Shown here: piece by piece, positions 57,464 to 64,000 of the stretch
Position numbering within the stretch: position 1 is the first letter of the stretch
Layout: each line of letters starts with the position of its first letter
Assembly: GCA_047285805.1 (NCBI GenBank)
Contig: JBJBCN010000002.1
Span: 1,312,001 to 1,376,000 of the forward strand
Direction: 5' to 3'
DNA from: Synechococcus sp.
GTDB lineage: Bacteria > Cyanobacteriota > Cyanobacteriia > PCC-6307 > Cyanobiaceae
Length of the DNA stretch: 64,000 nt
The notes under the pieces: model-generated
The model's input: the letters and a program-made list of their open reading frames with translations, nothing else
Told to the model about the DNA's origin: nothing
The model's database searches: none
Position numbers and translations under genes: made by a program

Positions 57464-59356
57464 TTGAGCCTGACCCCTCCAGCCACGCTCACTCCCCTCT
57501 CCGCCGAACTGGTGCTGGGGAAAACTCCCAGCCTCAAGGAGCCTGCGCTGTTGGGTGGGGCGCTCTATTGGCTGGAGCAGCGGCCGCACGAACAGGGACG
57601 CACCACCTTGATGGGGCGATCGACCCCAGGGCAGGAGGCCCGCGAATACACCCCAGGGAGCTGGAATCTGCGCTGCCGGGTCCATGAGTACGGCGGCGGC
57701 GCCTGTGCGATCGGCCGCCGAGCTAACGGAGAGGCCGTGGCGGTGTTTGTCCATGACGCTGACGGCAGCCTCTGGCGCCTGAATCTCGATCAAGTCGGGG
57801 CCGAACCGCAGCGGCTGGGGGATCGCTTCGAGGGAGCCCTGGGGGGCGGCCTGATCGACCCGCAGCAGGACCGCTGGATCGGCGTTCTCGAGCGCGATGG
57901 CCGCGACCAGTTGGTGGCCCTGCCCCTGGCCGGCGGGGAACTCCATCTGCTGTATCAAGCCGCCGACTTCTGCGGCTACCCCGCCCTGAGCCCCGATGGA
58001 ACGCGACTGGCCTGGGTGGAGTGGCAGCAACCGAGCATGCCCTGGGACCGCAGCAGCCTCTGGCTGGCGGAGGTCAATGGCGCCGGTCCGATCAGCCGGG
58101 CCCAACGGGTGGCAGGAGCCTCCCCCGAGGACGCCCAAGCGATTTCGGTCTTTCAACCCATCTGGGCGGGGCACGACCTGGTGGTCGCCAATGACCGCAG
58201 CGGCTTTTGGAATCTGGAGGGCTGGTCCGGCGCCGCTCAGGCGCCCCTGGAGACGCACAAATGGGCCCCCTTGTTGACGCTGGAGGCCGAGTTCGCGATG
58301 CCCCAGTGGGTGTTTGGCATGAGCACCCACGCCTGGGATGGAGAACGGCTGCTGGCCATCGCCTGCCGCCAGGGCCGTTGGGAACTCGGCGAAGTCACCG
58401 GCGAAACATGGCAACCGATCGAGCAACCCTGCAGCGACCTGGCGGGACTCTGCGCCGAAGCCGGAAAGCTGGCCTGCATCGCCAGTAGCCCAACCCATCC
58501 CTCGGGCCTGCTGGAGGTCGCGCTGGAGGGCGGCCAATGGAGCCATCGCGCCGCGGCCCCCTGCCCGATCGCCCCGGAGGCCATCAGCCAGCCCGAAGAA
58601 CTGTGGTTTGACGGCCATGGCGGCCAGCCCACTCAGGCCTGGTACTACCCGCCCGCCGGAGGCGGCCACAGTGAGGCGCCGCTGCTCGTAAAGAGCCACA
58701 GCGGCCCCACCGCGATGGCCCGCACCGGTCTGAATCTGGCCATCCAGTTCTGGACCAGCCGCGGCTGGGGGGTGGTCGACGTGAACTACGGCGGGTCCAC
58801 GGGCTTTGGCCGGGCCTACCGCGAACGGCTCAACGGTCAGTGGGGTGTGGTCGATGTCGCCGACTGTGCCGCCGCGGCCCAGGCCGTGATCGACCAAGAG
58901 CAGGCCCACCCGGAGCGGGTGGCGATCGAGGGGGGCAGCGCCGGCGGCTTTACGACCCTGGCAGCCCTCTGTTTCACAGACCGCTTCAGTGCTGGAGCGA
59001 GCCGCTACGGAGTGGCCGATCTGAGCGCCCTCGCAGAGGACACCCACCGCTTTGAGGCCCGCTACCTCGATGGCCTCGTGGGTCCGTGGCCGGACGTGCG
59101 CGCCAACTATGCGAACCGCTCTCCCTTAAACCATGCCGAGCGGATGAGCTGCCCGGTGATCTTCTTCCAGGGGCTCGAGGACGTCGTGGTGCCCCCCGAG
59201 CAAACCGAGCGGATGGCAGAAGCCCTCCGCGAGAAGGGCATCCCCGTGGAGGTGCGCCTCTTTCCAGAAGAGGGCCACGGGTTCCGGAAAGGCAGCACCC
59301 AGATCGAGGTGCTAGAGGCCACGGAAGCCTTCTTCCGAACGCACTTCGCCCTCTGA
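57464..59356 (+). CDS. S9 family peptidase
   Basis: GGSAGG, FQG.ED, EGHGF. Confidence 0.92.
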   Translation: MSLTPPATLTPLSAELVLGKTPSLKEPALLGGALYWLEQRPHEQGRTTLMGRSTPGQEAREYTPGSWNLRCRVHEYGGGACAIGRRANGEAVAVFVHDADGSLWRLNLDQVGAEPQRLGDRFEGALGGGLIDPQQDRWIGVLERDGRDQLVALPLAGGELHLLYQAADFCGYPALSPDGTRLAWVEWQQPSMPWDRSSLWLAEVNGAGPISRAQRVAGASPEDAQAISVFQPIWAGHDLVVANDRSGFWNLEGWSGAAQAPLETHKWAPLLTLEAEFAMPQWVFGMSTHAWDGERLLAIACRQGRWELGEVTGETWQPIEQPCSDLAGLCAEAGKLACIASSPTHPSGLLEVALEGGQWSHRAAAPCPIAPEAISQPEELWFDGHGGQPTQAWYYPPAGGGHSEAPLLVKSHSGPTAMARTGLNLAIQFWTSRGWGVVDVNYGGSTGFGRAYRERLNGQWGVVDVADCAAAAQAVIDQEQAHPERVAIEGGSAGGFTTLAALCFTDRFSAGASRYGVADLSALAEDTHRFEARYLDGLVGPWPDVRANYANRSPLNHAERMSCPVIFFQGLEDVVVPPEQTERMAEALREKGIPVEVRLFPEEGHGFRKGSTQIEVLEATEAFFRTHFAL

Positions 59357-60741
59357 TGGACGCGCTTCTGCCGGGACTCTGGGGCCCTGATCTCTTCGAT
59401 GGGATCAGCTGGCTGGTCCTGGCCGGAGGCGTTCTGGCCGGAATCCTGGCGACCGGTCGGGCCATCGGCCGGCGGCTGCAGCTGCAGCTCTGGGGCATTC
59501 CCGAGGCCTTGGTGGCCGGTGTCTTGGGCCTGCTGGTGGCCCCCAAGGGCCCCTTCCCGCTACTGCCCGAGCACCTGATGGAGCTCTGGGCGCAGCTGCC
59601 CTTGGTACTGCTCACCTTGGTCTTCGGCTCCTTGATGCTCGGCAAACCCCTGCCCAAGCTCGCGGGGGTGCTCAAGCCGGTGGGCGGCCACGTCGCACTC
59701 GCCTTGGTCCTGGCCTTCGGTCAGTACGTCGTGGCGGGGTTGGTGGTGCTGCTGGTGCTGCACCCCCTGCTGGGCTTCAGCCCGGTAATGGCATGCCTGA
59801 TCGAGGTGGCCTTTGAAGGCGGCCATGGCGCCGCCGCGGCCATGGGGGCAAGCTATGCGGCCCTGGGATTCGAGAGCGGCCAAGACCTCGGGCTCGCCCT
59901 GGCGACGGTGGGGCTGCTCTCCTCGACATTGATCGGGGGCTTGGTGGTGGTGCTCGGGCGCTCCCGAGGTTGGCTGGTGGCGGATCTCGCCCCAGAGGCG
60001 ATCCAGCCCCCCGCGACGCCAACAGGGACCCGCGACGGTCCAGGACATCCGCTGGCCGCGTGGCTCTGCAACCTCGGCCTGGTGGGCCTCGCCGTTGGCG
60101 TTGGCTGGATTCTGCAACTGCTGCTGCGACAGCTGACCGGCTGGATCGGAGGCGGGGTGGCCACGGTGGGACAGGCCCTGCCAGTGTTTCCGCTGGCGAT
60201 CCTGGGGTCCCTGCTGGTGCGCTGGCTGCTGCAGCGCAGCGGGCGCAGCCAATGGGCGTCCGCAACGATACAAAGCGAAGTCAGCACCCTGGCCGCCGAT
60301 CTGCTGATCGCTTCGGCCACCGCCGGGCTCAATCTGGAACTTCTGCAGGCCAACTGGCTACCGATCAGCCTGCTGGCAGGGGCTGGCTTGGCCTGGAACC
60401 TCCTGATCAGTCTTTGGCTGGCCCCCAAGCTGCTGCCGAAGGACTGGTTTGAGCGGGCCCTGGTGGAATTCGGCCAGGCCACCGGCGTGGCCGCCTCGGG
60501 CCTGCTGCTGCTGCGCATGGCGGATCCGGAGGCCCACAGCGACGCCCTCCCAGCCTTCTCGCTAAAGCAATTGCTACTACAACCCCTGCTCTCGGGCGGG
60601 GTGATCACCGTGGTGGCCCCCCTGGCCGTGGCGGGCTGGGGGCTGCCGCTCTGGACCCTGGTCTGCGCCGGGGTGATGCTGCTGGCCGCGGGCGCGGGCC
60701 TCTGGATCGCTCAGCTGCAGGAGCTCGAGGAGGCCCGGTAG
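59356..60741 (+). CDS. Sodium/glutamate symporter (GltS family)
   Basis: FEGGHG.AA, FGQATGV..GLLLLRM.DP. Confidence 0.85.
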   Translation: MDALLPGLWGPDLFDGISWLVLAGGVLAGILATGRAIGRRLQLQLWGIPEALVAGVLGLLVAPKGPFPLLPEHLMELWAQLPLVLLTLVFGSLMLGKPLPKLAGVLKPVGGHVALALVLAFGQYVVAGLVVLLVLHPLLGFSPVMACLIEVAFEGGHGAAAAMGASYAALGFESGQDLGLALATVGLLSSTLIGGLVVVLGRSRGWLVADLAPEAIQPPATPTGTRDGPGHPLAAWLCNLGLVGLAVGVGWILQLLLRQLTGWIGGGVATVGQALPVFPLAILGSLLVRWLLQRSGRSQWASATIQSEVSTLAADLLIASATAGLNLELLQANWLPISLLAGAGLAWNLLISLWLAPKLLPKDWFERALVEFGQATGVAASGLLLLRMADPEAHSDALPAFSLKQLLLQPLLSGGVITVVAPLAVAGWGLPLWTLVCAGVMLLAAGAGLWIAQLQELEEAR

Positions 60742-61388
60742 AGCAGGGTGAGGAACTGGTGGCGCACCTGCTCCATCTGCTCAGCACTCAGCAACGGCGG
60801 CTCGCCAAGGGCGAGAGCCTGCAGGTAGATCCGCGCCAGGGTTTCAACCTCGACGGCGAGGGCGAGAGCTTTGTCGAGGGTGGGGCCCACCGCGACTTGA
60901 CCGTGCTGAGCCATCAGGCAAGCCAGCCGTCCCTCGAGGGCTTGGACCACCCCATCGGAGAGCTCCTGGGTTCCAAAGGTGGCGTAGGGGGCGCAGCGGA
61001 TGTCATGGCCGCCGGCCACCGCCGTCATGTAGTGGAAGGGAGGGATATCGCGGCCATGGCAAGCCAGGGCGGTGGCGTGGATGGAGTGGCAGTGCAGCAC
61101 CGCCTGCACCTCTGGGCGGCTGTCCAGGACATCGGCATGCAGGCGCCACTCCGAGGAGGGCCGGCGCTGAGGACGGCCATCGGCGGGTATGAAGAGGGGC
61201 TCCCCCTTGAGATCAAGCGCCACCAAGTCGGTGGGCTGCATCTGCTCGTAGGGCAGGGAGCTGGGGGTGATCAGCATCCCGCCGGGGATGCGCACCGAGA
61301 GGTTGCCAGAGGTGCCCTGGTTAATCCCGCTGGCCTGCATGCGACGTGCGCAGTCGACCAGTTGCTCGCGCAGATCCAGATCAGACAT
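60711..61388 (-). CDS. Class II aldolase (FucA-like)
   Basis: GTSGNLS, PSSEWRLH, HCHS, HG. Confidence 0.9.
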   Translation of the reverse strand: MSDLDLREQLVDCARRMQASGINQGTSGNLSVRIPGGMLITPSSLPYEQMQPTDLVALDLKGEPLFIPADGRPQRRPSSEWRLHADVLDSRPEVQAVLHCHSIHATALACHGRDIPPFHYMTAVAGGHDIRCAPYATFGTQELSDGVVQALEGRLACLMAQHGQVAVGPTLDKALALAVEVETLARIYLQALALGEPPLLSAEQMEQVRHQFLTLLYRASSSSCS

Positions 61389-62469
61389 CGGCGTAGAGCT
61401 CCTGGAGCCCCTCCGCGCTGGCGGCGACGACGCCGCGCTCGGTGATTAAGGCCGTCACCAGGAGGGCCGGGGTGACATCAAAGGCGGGGTTAAAGCCAGG
61501 GCTGCAATCGGGGCTGAGCCGCACGCTGGTGATCAACCCATCGGGGCAGCGGCCCTGGATGTGGGTGACCTCCTCGGGGCTGCGGGCCTCGATCGGAATC
61601 TCGGCCACCCCGTCATCGATCTGCCAGTCGATCGTGGAGGCCGGCAGGGCGACATAGAAGGGGACGTTGTTGTCGCGCGCCGCCAGGGCCTTGAGGTAGG
61701 TCCCGATCTTGTTGCAGACATCGCCGCGGCGGGTGGTGCGGTCGGTGCCGACGATCACGGCATTCACCTGACCGTGCTGCATGAGGTGCCCGCCGGCGTT
61801 GTCGACGATGACGGTGTGGGGGACCCCTTCGCGGCCAAGCTCATAGGCGGTCAACGAGGCGCCCTGGTTGCGAGGGCGGGTCTCATCGACCCAGACGTGA
61901 ATGTCCAGGCCAGCGCGATGGGCTTTGTAAATCGGCGCGAGGGCGGTGCCCCAATCGACGGTAGCCAGCCAACCGGCATTGCAGTGGGTGAGGACGTTGA
62001 AGGTCTTGCCCGGCCGAGCCGCGGCCAGCTCCTGAAAGATCGCGAGGCCGTGGTCACCGATGGCCTCACACATGGCCACGTCCTCATCTGCGATGGCTGC
62101 CGCTTCGGCTTGGGCCGCCTCGGCCCGCTGCTCGGGGGCCAGCGGTGCGACACGATCCCGGACCCGCTCGAGGGCCCAGCGAAGGTTCACGGCCGTGGGG
62201 CGGGTGGCATTGAGTTGCTCAAAGGCGGCCGCCAGAGCGGCATCGCTGGGGTCAGCCTGCAGGGCGAGCATCAGGCCGTAACCCCCGGTGACCCCGATCA
62301 GGGGGGCACCGCGAACAACCATCGTACGAATGGCCGCGGCGGCTTCATCGCAGCTGCTCAGGCTGCGGGTGGTGAAGCGGTGGGGCAGCAGGGTCTGATC
62401 GATGACCCCGACCGAGCGACCACCCTCTTCAAGCCAGATGGTACGCCAGGCCTGGCCGTCGATGTTCAT
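61381..62469 (-). CDS. mtnA: Methylthioribose-1-phosphate isomerase
   Basis: VRGAP, RPTAVNL, THCNAG.LAT, ETRP..QG, NKIGT. Confidence 0.95.
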   Translation of the reverse strand: MNIDGQAWRTIWLEEGGRSVGVIDQTLLPHRFTTRSLSSCDEAAAAIRTMVVRGAPLIGVTGGYGLMLALQADPSDAALAAAFEQLNATRPTAVNLRWALERVRDRVAPLAPEQRAEAAQAEAAAIADEDVAMCEAIGDHGLAIFQELAAARPGKTFNVLTHCNAGWLATVDWGTALAPIYKAHRAGLDIHVWVDETRPRNQGASLTAYELGREGVPHTVIVDNAGGHLMQHGQVNAVIVGTDRTTRRGDVCNKIGTYLKALAARDNNVPFYVALPASTIDWQIDDGVAEIPIEARSPEEVTHIQGRCPDGLITSVRLSPDCSPGFNPAFDVTPALLVTALITERGVVAASAEGLQELYADV

Positions 62470-62517
62470 GGCTGCTGCCCGCGCAAAGGACTGCACCGAT
62501 CATCCCCTCCAGCCCCC

Positions 62518-63063
62518 TCAGATCGGGCGATAGCCCTGCCAATCGGGCACCTGGGGCGGGCTGAATCCCGCCGGATCGTGGCTGAGCTGCACATGCCAGC
62601 GCTCACCGCCGAGCAGGTCCAACTGCTCGAGGGCCAGGCAGTTATCGACCGCACAGAGGTCGTCCTTGTGTTGCTGCAGGGCGCCCTGGAGCCACTGGCG
62701 TTTCGCCAGGGCCTTGGCCGCCTTGGGGCTGCGGGCCACCACAAGACCGAACTGGTGGAGTTCCGCGAGGGAGTCCGGGCGGTAGGCGCCCAGGTTGACG
62801 AACCAGAGCTTCTCGGGCCGGGGCGCGGCGGGCTCGAGCCCCAAGCTCACCGTCCAGCCATCGATCGATCGCACCGCCATGTAGGCATCCACGTGCAGGC
62901 CCTCAAGCCTCCCGAACCACTGGCGCTTGAGCTCCGGGATGGTGGCATCGAGGCTCGATCCAGCCACAAAGCGGACGTCATGGAGCTCGATCAGGCTGGA
63001 GGCGGTGCGCCCACCGAGGACCACCAGAAATAGGGTTGGGGCGCTGGGAGATGGCGGCGTCAT
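62518..63063 (-). CDS. DUF1543 family protein
   Basis: LGGR...IELHD, LWFVNLG.Y....AELH, HKDD. Confidence 0.85.
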   Translation of the reverse strand: MTPPSPSAPTLFLVVLGGRTASSLIELHDVRFVAGSSLDATIPELKRQWFGRLEGLHVDAYMAVRSIDGWTVSLGLEPAAPRPEKLWFVNLGAYRPDSLAELHQFGLVVARSPKAAKALAKRQWLQGALQQHKDDLCAVDNCLALEQLDLLGGERWHVQLSHDPAGFSPPQVPDWQGYRPI

Positions 63064-63751
63064 GGACCTGTTTCAGCAGCAATGGGCCACCTACCGGGCC
63101 GTACTCGATCACGACCTGATGGAGCACCAGGCCATGAGTGAGGTCTGCGGGCAGCAGCTGCGGCAGTGCTGCGCAGAAGCCGAGCCCCCCAGATTGGTGG
63201 ATTTAGGCTGTGGCGATCTTGCCTTGCTGGCGCCGCTGCTGCGGGAACTGCCGTTGGCGAACTACACCGGCCTGGATCTCAGCGCCCAGGTGCTGCCCCT
63301 GGCGCAGGCGGCCCTGGAGGGGGCGCCTTATCCCCGCCGTTGGATCGCCGGCGACATGCTGAGCTGGGCCTGCGAGCCCGGTGGGACCGCCGTGGACGTC
63401 ATCCACACCAGCTACGCGGTGCACCACCTCCAGGACGCCGAGAAAGCGCAGTGGCTCGATGGCTGCCGCCGTCGCATCGCCCCGGGCGGGTACTTGATCT
63501 GGATCGATGTCTTCCGCGAGACCGGGGAGAGCCTCTCGGACTACCTGGCCCGCTACGAGACGAGGGTTGAGCGCTGGAGCGACCTCAGCCCGAAGCAACG
63601 CCAGGCGGTCCTGGGGCACATCCAGCGTTTTGACCGTCCCGCCGAACGGGGCCCCATTGAATCGACCGCGGCGGCCGCCGGCTGGTCATGGCATTGGGCC
63701 TGGCGAGGGAGCCACCGCGCCGAGGCCATGGCCGTGCTGAGACCGGCCTAG
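63062..63751 (+). CDS. Class I SAM-dependent methyltransferase
   Basis: LVDLGCG, GLDLS, HHL. Confidence 0.85.
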   Translation: MDLFQQQWATYRAVLDHDLMEHQAMSEVCGQQLRQCCAEAEPPRLVDLGCGDLALLAPLLRELPLANYTGLDLSAQVLPLAQAALEGAPYPRRWIAGDMLSWACEPGGTAVDVIHTSYAVHHLQDAEKAQWLDGCRRRIAPGGYLIWIDVFRETGESLSDYLARYETRVERWSDLSPKQRQAVLGHIQRFDRPAERGPIESTAAAAGWSWHWAWRGSHRAEAMAVLRPA

Positions 63752-64000
63752 CTGTGCTCGCGCAGGAAGCTGATCGTTCCCTGCAGTTCATCGGCGAACC
63801 GATCGATCTCCTCGAGCGTCGTCGTGAAGCTGAGGCTGGCTCGTGCTGAGGCACTGATGCCGTAATGACGGTGGAGGGGCTGCGTGCAGTGGTGGCCGCT
63901 GCGAATGCAGATACCAGCGGCGTCCAGCAGAGCCGAGATGTCGTTGGCATGGACACCCTCCACGTGGAAGGCCGCCAGCGCCGCGCGATCCGGCTGTTGC
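63748..64000 (-). CDS. sufS: SufS cysteine desulfurase, 3' end (partial)
   Basis: RSGHHCTQP, RASL. Confidence 0.9.
   Translation of the reverse strand, partial: QQPDRAALAAFHVEGVHANDISALLDAAGICIRSGHHCTQPLHRHYGISASARASLSFTTTLEEIDRFADELQGTISFLREHS

Noticed and set aside
40980..63033. Long antisense ORFs (for example 42102-43577, 57215-59047, 61561-63033)
   Set aside because: Shadows of high-GC genes on the opposite strand

Overview
Picocyanobacterial chromosome (Synechococcus/Cyanobium-like: psbX, ycf66, hli, Som porin, phycobilisome linker, two-piece tmRNA). Three zones. (1) 1-4.4 kb: high-GC flank with a DnaJ-class chaperone, small genes and a probable Yfr6-like RNA. (2) About 4.4-37.35 kb: a lower-GC island anchored at the 3' end of a permuted tmRNA gene (37352-37621, minus). 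A ~40-bp att copy occurs three times (18471, 28006, 37352). It delimits two apparently complete integrative elements of 9.5 and 9.3 kb (B and A) and the right end of a decayed third (C). Each element has its own arm-type direct repeats. B carries integrase, a coupled HNH nuclease, secreted cargo, a duplicated coiled-coil + HeH two-gene module with an RHH regulator, an AAA helicase with iterons, and Xis. A carries integrase, Xis, primase-helicase, secreted cargo, TerS-like genes, a candidate sRNA and a Xer-like recombinase. Left of C's end lie futA, a porin, a TAT phosphoesterase, a linker with a hydrophobic tail, relics and a dispersed repeat family. (3) 37.7-64 kb: core genes (smc, msrB, tRNA-Leu, accC, psbX, ycf66, rpsU, def, mtnA, sufS and others) plus a decayed comM. 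All calls are by eye from motifs; no database searches were run.
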